From positions 24,853 through 88,852 of the forward strand of contig CAISRB010000032.1 in the NCBI GenBank assembly GCA_903887775.1: a stretch of 64,000 nucleotides of DNA, given 5' to 3'. The notes beneath the pieces are model-generated. The model was not told the DNA's origin and searched no databases. It saw only the letters and a program-made list of their open reading frames with translations. The DNA comes from an uncultured Bacteroidales bacterium. GTDB taxonomy: Bacteria > Bacteroidota > Bacteroidia > Bacteroidales > FEN-979. Positions 1-9,941 of the stretch are shown one piece after another. The translations under genes and the position numbers were made by a program. How positions within the stretch are numbered: position 1 is the stretch's first letter; every line of letters begins with the position of its first letter.

Positions 1-551
1 GCGACACCCTGGAAAGAGTTCTCAAGCTGGGTCTTTACAGGCAGGGAGGGGCTGTTTTTCATTGCGTCTATCTTATGCTGGACCTGAACAATAAGGTCGT
101 TTATCTCGCTGTCGTTCAGGTTCTGCGCTTTGATCGCGTTAAGCTCATTCTGGAGCTCTGCAGCCGACTTCCCGTCCTTATTCAAAAGCATGTCAAGCAA
201 TTGCGCCTTTGCTGCATCAACTTTCTGCTGGTGCAACATCGCTTTCGAAGCGTAAGCTTTTTTAATGGCCTGCTGGGCCTGGATGATCATATCGTTAACT
301 GTGGGATCATTGAGTTTTTTATTAATAATCTCACTCACCAGTTTTTCCTGGTCGGGAAGTGAAAGTGTTGTGGTTTGGTCGATGATTCCCTTCAACTGTT
401 GTTTGGCAAGTTCGATTGCGGCTTTGCGCTCTTTCTTGCTCATTTTGCCGGTTGATTTGCAACTTTCAGTGCCAGCTGCAAGCATTACTACGGCGAGCAG
501 CAATACCACCGGCCAGTGTGTTAACCTGATTTTACTAATTACTTGTTTCAT
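1..551 (-). CDS. hypothetical lipoprotein (partial, runs off left edge)
   Basis: Minus-strand open frame from the ATG at 551-549 to the window edge. It is absent from the ORF track because it has no stop in the window. The N-terminus MKQVISKIRLTHWPVVLLLAVVMLAAGTESC is a signal peptide with a lipobox-like Cys, and the rest is K/Q/A-rich helical sequence. Plus-strand ORFs 75-362 and 265-618 look like its antisense shadows. Confidence 0.5.
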   Translation of the reverse strand, partial: MKQVISKIRLTHWPVVLLLAVVMLAAGTESCKSTGKMSKKERKAAIELAKQQLKGIIDQTTTLSLPDQEKLVSEIINKKLNDPTVNDMIIQAQQAIKKAYASKAMLHQQKVDAAKAQLLDMLLNKDGKSAAELQNELNAIKAQNLNDSEINDLIVQVQHKIDAMKNSPSLPVKTQLENSFQGV

Positions 552-639
552 ATGTATAAACTTTTGGGTTCGTGATAATGGTTATGGTTTTCATAAAGCT
601 TGCATCTTCATAACGTAAATTTGCCAGGAATAGTATAAA

Positions 640-1728
640 TTATCCTTTATAAAACGGGAACTTCACGACATGTGCTTTCAACACTTTTTCCCTGACTTTC
701 ACATAAATCGTTGAGCCTTCCTTCGATAGTTCAGCCGGTACATATCCCATGCCAACAGGTATTTTAACCGAGGGCCCCATAGTGCCGGAAGTGACCTCCC
801 CTGTTTTATTCCCGTTCGCATCGGTGATGTCGTAGCCGTGACGGGGGATTCCTTTATCGTCCATCACAAAGCCTACGAGGCGTTGCTTCACGCCTTCATT
901 CTTCTGCTTTAACAGGTATGCCTTATCAATAAAATCTTTATGGTCGGCAAACTTCGTGATCCAGCCTAAACCTGCTTCAATGGGAGAAGTTGTATCGCAG
1001 ATGTCGTTTCCGTAAAGGCAGTAGCCCATCTCTAAACGTAGGGTGTCGCGGGCCGCCAGGCCGATTGGTTTGATGCCATATGCTTTTCCTGCTTCAAATA
1101 CGGCATTCCAGATCTTCGGAGCATCTTCGTTGGCCATGTAAATCTCGCATCCGCCTGAGCCGGTGTAGCCGGTCGTGGCGAATATCACATCCTTAACGCC
1201 GGCAAAAGTGAGTTTTTTAAAGGTATAATATTCCATGTCGGTGACCTTCGTATCGGTGAGCTTCTGCATAGCTTCCAAGGCTTTAGGTCCCTGGATTGCA
1301 AGCTGCGAGATCTCATCCGAAGCATTATAAAGATCAGCGCCGATTGTATTATTTTTGGTGCACCAGGTCCAGTCCTTATCAATATTAGCTGCGTTCACGA
1401 CAAGGAGATACGTGACGTCATCCACCTTATATACCAGCAGGTCATCCACAATACCTCCCTTTCCGTTGGGGAAGCAGCTGTACTGCACCTTGCCGGGAAC
1501 CAGCTTCGACGCATCGTTTGAAGTAACCCACTGAACAAAATCCAGCGCCTTTGGGCCTTTCACCCAGAACTCACCCATATGCGACACATCGAACACCCCT
1601 ACTCCCTTGCGGACGGTTTCATGTTCTGCAATAACTCCTTCGTACTGCAGGGGCATATAATATCCTGCAAATTCCACCATCTTGGCGCCCATGGCCTCAT
1701 GGAACTTTGTAAAAGCTGTGTTTTTCAT
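640..1728 (-). CDS. gcvT: glycine cleavage system T protein (aminomethyltransferase)
   Basis: 362-aa [34 protein letters not shown]...[11 protein letters not shown], together with the length and C-terminal beta-barrel region, is typical of GcvT. Confidence 0.95.
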   Translation of the reverse strand: MKNTAFTKFHEAMGAKMVEFAGYYMPLQYEGVIAEHETVRKGVGVFDVSHMGEFWVKGPKALDFVQWVTSNDASKLVPGKVQYSCFPNGKGGIVDDLLVYKVDDVTYLLVVNAANIDKDWTWCTKNNTIGADLYNASDEISQLAIQGPKALEAMQKLTDTKVTDMEYYTFKKLTFAGVKDVIFATTGYTGSGGCEIYMANEDAPKIWNAVFEAGKAYGIKPIGLAARDTLRLEMGYCLYGNDICDTTSPIEAGLGWITKFADHKDFIDKAYLLKQKNEGVKQRLVGFVMDDKGIPRHGYDITDANGNKTGEVTSGTMGPSVKIPVGMGYVPAELSKEGSTIYVKVREKVLKAHVVKFPFYKG

Positions 1729-1945
1729 GTGTTAATATTTATTTTTTGCAAAGTGGTCACATGGAATACCCATATAATCATTCATGGTTTTTATGAATAT
1801 TGTTCGTATGGGTATTTCATTATAGCGATTGTTGAAATGTCGGAGAAAAAAGCAAAGATAAAAAAAACACCCGGCCTGCGACCGGATGTTCATATATTTT
1901 AAAGTCATTAATAATTGAACGGGATTATTTACTTTTGATGACGCT

Positions 1946-3817
1946 ATGAACATTATTACACTTCGCAGGAATACCCCCAGGGGCGTCATCTGGCTCATCG
2001 ACATGCTGATCGTACTGGGTTCCATTTTCCTGGCTTACCTCCTCCGGTTCAATTTCGACATCCCTCCCAGCGAAAGCAGGCCTTTCGCGATACTCATCCC
2101 CTGGATGCTTGCCGTGAGAGGCATCAGCTTTTTAATTTCACGCACCCATGCAGGCCTGATAAGGTATACGAGTACTGCCGATGGACAGAGGGTACTCATC
2201 ACACTGCTGGCCGGCAGTATGGTGTTCGGGCTTACGAACCTCATTACCTGGTTTACGATACAATGGTTCATGATCCCCACGACCATCATCCTGCTCGAGT
2301 TCCTGATCACGACGATGGGAATGATCTTTTTCAGAATGAGTGTGAAGGTTGCGTGGCTTGAATTCCAGAACCCCGAACGTCAGAGGGTCGATGTGATCAT
2401 CTATGGAGCCGGGGAGGAAGGCATCAATGCGAAGCATGTGATGGACCGTGACGCCGCGACGAAGTATAAAGTGATGGCTTTTATCGACAGCGATCCGGCG
2501 AAGGTGCATAAGAAACTTGAACGGATCGACATCCTGCCGCCTTCGAGGCTTGAATCGCTTTTGAAAGACCGCACCATTGCTCAGCTTATCCTCGCCATCC
2601 ATCCTGTGGATCCTGCCTATAAGCAGGAACTGGTCGATCTCTGCCTGAAATATAATACGAAAGTCCTGGCAGTGCCTCCGGCAATTCAATGGGTCAACGG
2701 GCAGCTCAGCTTTGCCCAGATCAGGCAGGTGAATATCGAAGATTTGCTTGAGCGGGATGTGATCGAGCTTGACACAGACGACATCCGAGAGTACCTGAAC
2801 GATAAAGTAGTGATGATCACCGGCGCTGCAGGTTCGATCGGCTCGGAGATCGTGCGCCAGGTTTCAAAGTTTGGCCCCGCCCGTATGATCCTGATCGATT
2901 ATGCCGAAACCCCGCTTCACAGCCTCGGGCTCGAATGCGCTGCCTCGATCAGGGGTGTTGCCATTGACTTTATTTTAGGGAATGTCTGTAATGTACTGCG
3001 GATGAGATCGCTCTTTGAGCAATACAAACCCGGGATTGTTTTCCATGCCGCGGCCTACAAGCATGTCCCGGTTCAGGAGGCCCATCCCGGCGAAGCCGTC
3101 TTTACCAATGTACATGGAACGCGTGTGATGGCGGACCTTTCGATGGAATTCGGCGTTAATAAATTTATTATGATCTCGACTGATAAGGCCGTGAACCCGA
3201 CGAGTGTGATGGGGGCCAGCAAACGGATAGCCGAGATTTACTGCCAGGCAATGAACAAGCTTAACAAAACGCATTTTATAACGACCCGTTTCGGCAATGT
3301 GCTGGGCTCCAATGGGTCGGTTATCCCCTTGTTCAGGAAGCAGATCGAAAAAGGCGGTCCTGTTACCGTGACACATCCCGAGGTGACCCGGTTTTTCATG
3401 ACTATCCCCGAAGCCTGCAGGCTTGTGCTGGAAGCAGGCGCTTTGGGAAAAGGTGGTGAGATCTTTATTTTCGACATGGGTAAGCCCGTCCGTATCCTTG
3501 ACCTGGCGAAACGGATGATTCAGCTTTCGGGGCTCGAAGCAGGGAAAGATATTCAGATTGAATACACCGGCATGCGGCCCGGCGAAAAGCTTTATGAAGA
3601 ATTGCTGAACCTCCAGGAAAATACGATGCCTACACATCACCCGCTGATCATGATCGCCAGGGTGCGCGAACAGGATCCTAAACAGGTAAGTGCCGATGTT
3701 GAATCCCTCATCGAACTCACAACCCGCCCAGATGACATCAAAGTTGTGCGAAAGATGAAGCAGATTGTACCTGAGTACAAGAGCCGGAATTCGGTGTATG
3801 AAGCGCTGGATAAATAA
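1946..3817 (+). CDS. membrane-bound nucleotide-sugar 4,6-dehydratase, CapD/PglF/WbpM family (polysaccharide biosynthesis)
   Basis: 623 aa with N-terminal TM helices. It has two Rossmann motifs (IYGAGEEG, ITGAAGSIGSE) and the HAAAYKHVP SDR motif typical of CapD-like proteins. Confidence 0.9.
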   Translation: MNIITLRRNTPRGVIWLIDMLIVLGSIFLAYLLRFNFDIPPSESRPFAILIPWMLAVRGISFLISRTHAGLIRYTSTADGQRVLITLLAGSMVFGLTNLITWFTIQWFMIPTTIILLEFLITTMGMIFFRMSVKVAWLEFQNPERQRVDVIIYGAGEEGINAKHVMDRDAATKYKVMAFIDSDPAKVHKKLERIDILPPSRLESLLKDRTIAQLILAIHPVDPAYKQELVDLCLKYNTKVLAVPPAIQWVNGQLSFAQIRQVNIEDLLERDVIELDTDDIREYLNDKVVMITGAAGSIGSEIVRQVSKFGPARMILIDYAETPLHSLGLECAASIRGVAIDFILGNVCNVLRMRSLFEQYKPGIVFHAAAYKHVPVQEAHPGEAVFTNVHGTRVMADLSMEFGVNKFIMISTDKAVNPTSVMGASKRIAEIYCQAMNKLNKTHFITTRFGNVLGSNGSVIPLFRKQIEKGGPVTVTHPEVTRFFMTIPEACRLVLEAGALGKGGEIFIFDMGKPVRILDLAKRMIQLSGLEAGKDIQIEYTGMRPGEKLYEELLNLQENTMPTHHPLIMIARVREQDPKQVSADVESLIELTTRPDDIKVVRKMKQIVPEYKSRNSVYEALDK

Positions 3818-3821
3818 TAAA

Positions 3822-4739
3822 ATGCCCGTCATTCTCGGACCAACGGCCTGCGGTAAAACCGCGGTGGCGGCGGGTATTGCATATGAGATGGACGGGGAAG
3901 TAATCTCTGCTGATTCTCGCCAGGTATACCGGGGCATGGACCTGGGTTCAGGCAAAGATCTCAGCGATTACGCAGTAAAAGGACGGAACATCCCTTATCA
4001 TCTGATCGATATTGCCGAACCGGGTTCAGAATACAATATTTTCGAGTACCAGAAGGATTTTGCAAGGGTTTATGCCGACATTACAGGCCGGGGTAAACTG
4101 CCCGTATTATGCGGGGGAAGCGGCATGTACCTTGAAGCCGTGCTTAAAGACTACTCTCTTCCCGAAGCTCCCTCCGACCCGGCATTTACTGCACAAATGG
4201 AAACCCTGGGCGATGAAACCCTTCTTGAAGAACTGGGGCGCCTCAAAAAACTTCACAGCACCACCGATACCGTTGACCGAAGAAGGATGCTCAGGGCGCT
4301 TGAGATTGAATTGAAACGTCGTGACCAGGATCAAAACGATGTCCAGGGATCCCGTGTTCCTCATATGATTTTCGGCATCAACCCGGGCCGTGAGACCGTT
4401 CGCCAGCGGATCACCGAACGGCTGGAGTCCAGGCTCGCCGGAGGCATGCTCGAAGAAGTACGCAGCCTTCTTGACCAGGGCATACCCCCCGGGCGCCTCA
4501 AAGCTTACGGGCTCGAATATAAATACCTCACCCGGCACATCCTGGGCGAACTGAGTTATGACGAGATGTTCCGCCTGCTCAACACCGCCATCCACCAGTT
4601 TGCGAAAAGGCAGATGACCTGGTTCCGCCGTATGGAACGACAGGGCATGAAGATCCACTGGATCGAAGTCAACCTGCCATCCTCAGAAAAAGTGAAGATA
4701 ATCAGGGAAATTTTAGAAATGAAAAGGGATGTTGATTAA
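3822..4739 (+). CDS. miaA: tRNA dimethylallyltransferase
   Basis: P-loop ILGPTACGKT and ISADSRQVYRGMDLGSGK are MiaA family patterns. The ORF-track start at 3765 is a TTG overlapping the capD-like gene. I prefer the ATG at 3822, 5 nt after that gene's stop. Confidence 0.9.
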   Translation: MPVILGPTACGKTAVAAGIAYEMDGEVISADSRQVYRGMDLGSGKDLSDYAVKGRNIPYHLIDIAEPGSEYNIFEYQKDFARVYADITGRGKLPVLCGGSGMYLEAVLKDYSLPEAPSDPAFTAQMETLGDETLLEELGRLKKLHSTTDTVDRRRMLRALEIELKRRDQDQNDVQGSRVPHMIFGINPGRETVRQRITERLESRLAGGMLEEVRSLLDQGIPPGRLKAYGLEYKYLTRHILGELSYDEMFRLLNTAIHQFAKRQMTWFRRMERQGMKIHWIEVNLPSSEKVKIIREILEMKRDVD

Positions 4740-4763
4740 AGAATATGGGCAGGAAAAACCTTT

Positions 4764-5171
4764 TTATAGCATCCCGGCATTTCTGAGAATCTCTGCAAGC
4801 TTAGGTTGAAATCTGGAATATTCCATAAGGACTGACTTCAACTTCTCATCTTCGCGTTTCAAAGGAGCGAGAGAGAGTTTACGGTCCCAAAATGCAAATC
4901 CAAATACACTGACCATCATCGTTGTAAATATTCCGATAATTGCCCAAAGAAAGTTAAAAAGCTGATCAAAACGCTTGTCAATACTTTCAAAACGCTTATC
5001 AACACCTTCAAAACGGGCATTCATCTCCGCTTTAATGGCTTCAACCTTTTGTTCGGTCCTGATGATCCTGTCACGGTCATCGAGAGTAAAAGGAATCTCT
5101 TTTGTCTCCGCCTTGATAAACAACGGCAGAAACAGCAATAAAAAAACAAAAATTCTTTGAATGGCTTTCAT
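4764..5171 (-). CDS. hypothetical membrane-anchored coiled-coil protein
   Basis: 135 aa with a signal peptide (MKAIQRIFVFLLLFLPLFIKA), the repeated motif DKRFESIDKRFDQLF and one C-proximal TM helix (FLWAIIGIFTTMMVSVFGFAF). I do not recognise the family. Confidence 0.55.
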   Translation of the reverse strand: MKAIQRIFVFLLLFLPLFIKAETKEIPFTLDDRDRIIRTEQKVEAIKAEMNARFEGVDKRFESIDKRFDQLFNFLWAIIGIFTTMMVSVFGFAFWDRKLSLAPLKREDEKLKSVLMEYSRFQPKLAEILRNAGML

Positions 5172-5273
5172 CTGGTTCCGGATTAAGTTTTACTTATTAA
5201 TCCGGTTTCAATACAAAAGTAATACATTTTTTACCGGTAAGTTCTTCATGACCCAAATTCGCTATCCTGAAAT

Positions 5274-5306
5274 AAAAAACCGGCCCCATACGGAACCGGT
5301 TTTTTC
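5274..5306 (-). terminator. putative rho-independent terminator downstream of the tricorn-like protease gene
   Basis: AAAAAACCGG-ccccatacgga-ACCGGTTTTTT. It is a short GC stem flanked by A and T runs, so it could function in either direction. Confidence 0.4.
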
Positions 5307-5332
5307 ACATTAAGGATTAATGTTTCTATTCG

Positions 5333-8300
5333 CTATTTTGTCTTATCGGGGAATGGCGGTATGCCCGGCAACTCCTTCGGCAAGGATTTCAGTTCTTCCT
5401 TCATCTGGTCGATGGCGCGGTTGAGCTGCTGGTCTTCACCTGCATATTCCTTAGCGGGATCGTTATCGACGACGATATCGGGATCAACACCATGGCCTTC
5501 GATGATCCATTCTTTGCCGTCGGTACTGTATGGGGCAAATTCGGGCCTCATCATCATACCTCCGTCAACAAAAGGCAGGGAACCGCGGATGCCTACAACG
5601 CCGCCCCAGGTTCTCAAACCGATAGCCTTCCCTATCTTCAGTTTCTTAAACTGGTAAGGGAAAAGGTCACCGTCGGATGCGGAATAGTTGTCGATAAGTA
5701 TGCACTTCGGACCAACCTGCATTTCGAGGCGCCCGGGGACCGGCTCGGTGTTCCTCGACATGGTCATCATGGTCATTTCACGGTTCAGGCGCTCGATGAT
5801 CATGGGTGAAACATTACCGCCCCCGTTGCCCCTGTCATCGATGATCAGGGCGCGCTTGTTCAGCTGCGGATAAAAATGTTTCACAAATTCGTTGAGGCCT
5901 TCAACACCCATATCGGGAATATGGATGTAACCGACTTCGCCATTGGTTGCATCGTTCACCTTTTTGATATTGGCTTCAACCCAGTTGTAATAATACAGCT
6001 TGGCTTCGTCATCAACGGGAACGACGATGATTTTGTGCGCGCCATCCGGCGAAGCCTTCGCATTAACGGTAAGCTCGACCTGGTTGTCGGCTGCGTTCAC
6101 GAGCGCTTCGTAAATATCGTTCATATCCTTCGTAGGCTTGCCGTTGACGGCAATGATGAAATCGCCCTCTTTCACATCCACTCCCAGTTCAGTCAAAGGA
6201 GAACGTTCTTCGCGTGTCCAGTTCTCTCCCTTCAGGATCTTATCGATATGGTAATAACCCGAAGCATCGCGGCTGAGCCTTGCCCCGAGCAATCCCAACT
6301 TGACTTTTTTAGGTTCGGGGCGATCGCCTCCGCCGACATAGGAATGGCCTATGCTGATCTCGCCGACCATTTCACCCAGGATGTATGTGAGGTCGTAACG
6401 GTTGTTTACGTATGGCAGAAGGGGTTCGTACTTTTTCTTAATATTGTCCCAGTTCAGGCCCTGCATGTTGGGTGCATAGAGGAAATACTTCATCTGCCGC
6501 CATGCTTCATGATAGATCTGGTCCCATTCCGATTTCAGGTCAACCATCAGCTTCATATTCGAAAGATCGGCCCAGTCCTTAACCTCGACTTTGCCGCCTT
6601 TCGGAAGGTCGATCACAGCGTACTTACCCTGGGCCATGACCAGCATTTTCTTCAAATCGGCAGAGATATCATAGCCGTAAAAATCGCCAAGGACTGATTC
6701 TTTCTTGTCCTTCAGGTTGAAAGTTGCAAGACCGCCCTGACCGCGGCGCCCGCCCTTGATATAATATACATTGTCGCCTACTGATGAAACCCCGTAGTAA
6801 TTCGAGGCATCTACCGGAAGCACGACGATGCGGTCAATGATGCCATCCAGATCGACTTTCACGTCGGGAACAGCGTCTTTTTTCACATCTTTCTTGGCAT
6901 CCTTGTCTTCGTCTTTCTTCACATCCTTCCCGCTATCCTTAGTTTCATCCTTCTTTGCATTGCTGTCTTCGTCCTTCTTCACACTCACTTCATCATTCTC
7001 ATAAGCGAACGGATTCGGTGTTGCCTTTGCCAGCGTAACGAAATAGATCTTTGTCATGTCGCCATAACTGTGGTTCCATTCGGTGGCTGAATAAGTAGGG
7101 TTGAAATCGCGGTTGGAAGTAAAGAACAGGTATTTGCCATCATTGCTGAAAGCTGAACTTCCTGAGCTGTACCAGCTGTCGGTCACCGGGGTCTTTGTTT
7201 TTGAAGCAAGCTCGTAGATATACACAATGCTGAAGCTGCGGCGGTCGGGGTAGGTATAAGTGATCCATTTGCTGTCGGGCGACCAGTTATAACTATTGAA
7301 CTCCCAAGCTTTAGCCTGGTCTACAATGGTCACTTCCTTCGAATCAACATCCACGTATTGCAGTCTCAGCATCTTGTCGGACCACAGTAGTTTCTTGCTG
7401 TCGGGCGACCAGAGGGGAGAATATTTATAAGTATCTGCATTTTTAGTCAGCTGGATCACATCGCCGGTACCATCCTGTTTTGCGATAAAGATCTCGTCTT
7501 CACCGGTACGGTCAGAGATGAAAGCAATAGTTTTCCCATCGGGCGACCAGGCCACGTCGCGATTGTGGACGCCTTTGGTCTGTGTGATGTTGCGGGTAAT
7601 CCCCGTCTTTGCAGGAACGGTCCAGACATCTCCCCGGGCATCAAAAGCAATGCGCTTGCCGTCGGAAGATATCGAAGATGAATTGATAAACTTGCTTGCA
7701 TCTTTCAGCTGGTTCCTGCCAGTGATGAGGTCATTCGCAATGTTCACGGTCACTTTGCCGTATTTCTGTGTGGCCAGGTCGAACACATAAAGGAATCCGC
7801 CGTTCTCGAATACAATCGCATTATCGCCGAGCGACGGGAACTTGATGTCGAATTCCTTGAAATCGGTGAGTTTCTTCGTTTCCTTTGTTTTAAGGTCATA
7901 TACAAAGAGGTTCATCGTACGGTCGCGGTCGGATGCGAAATAGATCTTATCGCCGGCCCACATGGGAAATATATCCTGGGCGGGATTGTTCGTGATGTTC
8001 TCGGTTTGTTTTGTTTTAAAATCGTAGATCCAGATATCATCGGCCATGCCTCCGCGGTAATATTTCCAGGTACGGAATTCCCTGAAAACGCGGTTGTAGG
8101 CAAGTTTTGATTTATCAGGGGAATAGCTGCAGAAACCTCCTGCAGGCAACGGGAGCTCCTCGCTGAGGCCGCCTTTTACGCTCGTTATAAAAAGCTGTCC
8201 CTTGAAGTCGTTGAACGACTGCTTGCGCGAACGGTATACTATACTTTCATCGTCTCTCCATGTCATCACGATATTGTTCGGGCCCATACGGTCCGATACA

Positions 8301-8635
8301 TCGTCGCGGTTCAGGGTAGCGGAATAGGTGAGGCGAACAGGTACCCCGCCATCCGCAGGCATAAGATAAACTTCCGTATTGCCGTCATACTGGGCTGTGA
8401 AAGCAATCTGCTTTCCGTTCGGAGAGAACCTGGCGAACATTTCATAACCGTTCTCGTCGCTCGTTAGTTTGCGTGCCAATCCCCCGGCCTTTTCAACCGA
8501 GTACAGGTCGCCTGCATAGGTAAATACGATCTGGTTCCCGTGGATGGCGGGAAACCGCATAAGCCTTGCTTCGTTCTGGGCTGATATGAACCCGGTGAAC
8601 AGCATGGCAATAACAATCATGCTAAGTTGTTTCAT
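5333..8635 (-). CDS. tricorn protease homolog (S41 peptidase with TolB-like beta-propellers and PDZ)
   Basis: 1100 aa with a signal peptide and many PD40/WD40-like repeats (SPDGK..A). It has a PDZ-like region and a C-terminal S41 region (LIIDDRGNGGGNVS, NYSASDGDLF). It also carries a K/D/E-rich low-complexity insert. Confidence 0.9.
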   Translation of the reverse strand: MKQLSMIVIAMLFTGFISAQNEARLMRFPAIHGNQIVFTYAGDLYSVEKAGGLARKLTSDENGYEMFARFSPNGKQIAFTAQYDGNTEVYLMPADGGVPVRLTYSATLNRDDVSDRMGPNNIVMTWRDDESIVYRSRKQSFNDFKGQLFITSVKGGLSEELPLPAGGFCSYSPDKSKLAYNRVFREFRTWKYYRGGMADDIWIYDFKTKQTENITNNPAQDIFPMWAGDKIYFASDRDRTMNLFVYDLKTKETKKLTDFKEFDIKFPSLGDNAIVFENGGFLYVFDLATQKYGKVTVNIANDLITGRNQLKDASKFINSSSISSDGKRIAFDARGDVWTVPAKTGITRNITQTKGVHNRDVAWSPDGKTIAFISDRTGEDEIFIAKQDGTGDVIQLTKNADTYKYSPLWSPDSKKLLWSDKMLRLQYVDVDSKEVTIVDQAKAWEFNSYNWSPDSKWITYTYPDRRSFSIVYIYELASKTKTPVTDSWYSSGSSAFSNDGKYLFFTSNRDFNPTYSATEWNHSYGDMTKIYFVTLAKATPNPFAYENDEVSVKKDEDSNAKKDETKDSGKDVKKDEDKDAKKDVKKDAVPDVKVDLDGIIDRIVVLPVDASNYYGVSSVGDNVYYIKGGRRGQGGLATFNLKDKKESVLGDFYGYDISADLKKMLVMAQGKYAVIDLPKGGKVEVKDWADLSNMKLMVDLKSEWDQIYHEAWRQMKYFLYAPNMQGLNWDNIKKKYEPLLPYVNNRYDLTYILGEMVGEISIGHSYVGGGDRPEPKKVKLGLLGARLSRDASGYYHIDKILKGENWTREERSPLTELGVDVKEGDFIIAVNGKPTKDMNDIYEALVNAADNQVELTVNAKASPDGAHKIIVVPVDDEAKLYYYNWVEANIKKVNDATNGEVGYIHIPDMGVEGLNEFVKHFYPQLNKRALIIDDRGNGGGNVSPMIIERLNREMTMMTMSRNTEPVPGRLEMQVGPKCILIDNYSASDGDLFPYQFKKLKIGKAIGLRTWGGVVGIRGSLPFVDGGMMMRPEFAPYSTDGKEWIIEGHGVDPDIVVDNDPAKEYAGEDQQLNRAIDQMKEELKSLPKELPGIPPFPDKTK

Positions 8636-8748
8636 ATGTTTTATTGGATTAGTGGATCTTTGAAAATTAACATAGCAAATTTATTGATTTAAAAGGATCT
8701 GCCCAGTGAAATCGGTGAAATCCGTGGAAAAGTCGCTGACTGTGCTTG

Positions 8749-8850
8749 TTTTTTGCAATTTCTGCGGATGTTGTGATGATTTATCCCCGGATTTTGGATT
8801 TTGCGCAGAATTTATCTCCTGCATTGTGAATATCAGTTTTGATCTGCATC
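8749..8850 (+). promoter_or_regulatory. conserved 5' element, copy 1, upstream of the small FISUMP gene
   Basis: Blocks TTTTTTGCAA (8749), GATTTTGGATTTT (8790) and ATCAGTTTTGAT (8832) recur at 11128, 11169 and 11211. The spacing is identical (41 and 42 nt). The distance to the following ATG is 62 nt here and 61 nt in copy 2. Confidence 0.45.
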
Positions 8851-8893
8851 GGGGCGGCCTTACTTTTAATCGTGGAACTTAAAAGCAATACCG

Positions 8894-9925
8894 ATGAAAA
8901 AAATTGCCCTTATCCTGATCGCTGCCATATTTAATATGCATGCGCTTCAGTCACAGAACCAGCCAATTGTTCCGAAGAAAATGTACCAATTGTCACTGGA
9001 ACCGAATAATGGGGAGAAAAAAAAGACCAGGATGCTGTTTGAATTGAAAGATTCGGCCATACTGATCTCCAATTCATTTCAGCGCGAGGACTATACGAAG
9101 GGGTTCTATAAACTGTCGAAGGTGGATGTAAAAAATATAGATGTACTCAGGCTGAAGAGAAAGGGAAGCGGGGCTGCCATCGCGATCGGGGGCGCTTCGG
9201 GCATGATCCTTGGAGCGATACTGAGCGTTTCATATAACAATAGCCTTAAAAAGAATATGAATCCACTGGAATACGCTTTCGGGGGAGGCATACAGGCCGT
9301 AATTCCATTTTTAGTTTCAACGGCAATCGGTTTTGGGGCAGGGATTGCGTTCGGCCTTTCCAGGGTTACATTTCATCTCAACGGAAGCCAGGAAAAATAT
9401 GAGACGGTGAGGAACGAGATGAACGACTATGCAGTTCATCCGGTTGATATAATTAAAAATGCCAGGGTCGCGGGATCATTTTCAATACTTAAGGATTCTG
9501 TGATTGATTTAGACAACAATGTTTACCATACTCTTGCTCTGGCAGGACAGGTATGGATGGCCGACAACCGCGGCCTGTGTCCGAAAGGCTGGCACGTTCC
9601 TTCAATGCCCGAATGGGAATCTATGGTCGCCTGCCTGGGAGGAGCTGATTCTGCAGCGATCAAGCTCACTGATCTGGTCACTAAATATGCCGGGAATGAC
9701 AAACAGTCATACATAGCCGGGCATGTTTTTGCAGTGCCCGGGGGCTTTCGCTTCAGCACAGGAGAATTTTCACCAAATAAAACCGCATCGTATCAGTGGT
9801 GGTCGTCGACACCTCAGGATCCTGGAACAGCAAAATCCATCCAGCTTGGCAATACTGAAAACGGGATCTTCTTTAGCGGCTCGGAAAAGAAATCGGGACT
9901 GTCGGTGAGATGTTTGCGCGATTAA
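8894..9925 (+). CDS. FISUMP-domain protein with signal peptide and glycine-zipper segment (short paralog)
   Basis: 343 aa with a signal peptide and Gly-rich hydrophobic segments (GSGAAIAIGGASGMILGAILS; AIGFGAGIAFG). The C-terminal region NVYHTLALAGQVWMADN..RGLCPKGWHVPSMPEWESM...GFRFSTGEF...WWSST...GLSVRCLRD matches the Fibrobacter succinogenes major paralogous domain pattern. It lacks 54 aa of the domain core relative to the paralog at 11706-12839. Confidence 0.85.
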   Translation: MKKIALILIAAIFNMHALQSQNQPIVPKKMYQLSLEPNNGEKKKTRMLFELKDSAILISNSFQREDYTKGFYKLSKVDVKNIDVLRLKRKGSGAAIAIGGASGMILGAILSVSYNNSLKKNMNPLEYAFGGGIQAVIPFLVSTAIGFGAGIAFGLSRVTFHLNGSQEKYETVRNEMNDYAVHPVDIIKNARVAGSFSILKDSVIDLDNNVYHTLALAGQVWMADNRGLCPKGWHVPSMPEWESMVACLGGADSAAIKLTDLVTKYAGNDKQSYIAGHVFAVPGGFRFSTGEFSPNKTASYQWWSSTPQDPGTAKSIQLGNTENGIFFSGSEKKSGLSVRCLRD

Positions 9926-9941
9926 CTTATTGGGATGCAGC

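Noticed and set aside
3765-3821. TTG-initiated upstream extensions proposed by the ORF track: miaA 3765, patatin 14654, giant genes 42038 and 45717, V4R 49158, WbqC 62513, DUF336 55012.
   Set aside because: In each case an ATG a few codons downstream gives a canonical N-terminus (P-loop, signal peptide or family start) and removes overlap with the preceding gene.
2975-3955. Long antisense ORFs: 2975-3955(-), 5876-6697(+), 18395-19168(-), 21224-22012(+), 23226-24005(-), 26465-27385(+), 50506-51345(+), 55203-55700(-), 56123-56909(-) and others in the track.
   Set aside because: Each lies fully inside a confidently identified gene on the opposite strand. Each has a low-complexity or Arg/Ser/Pro-rich composition and no recognisable motif. 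They are shadow ORFs.
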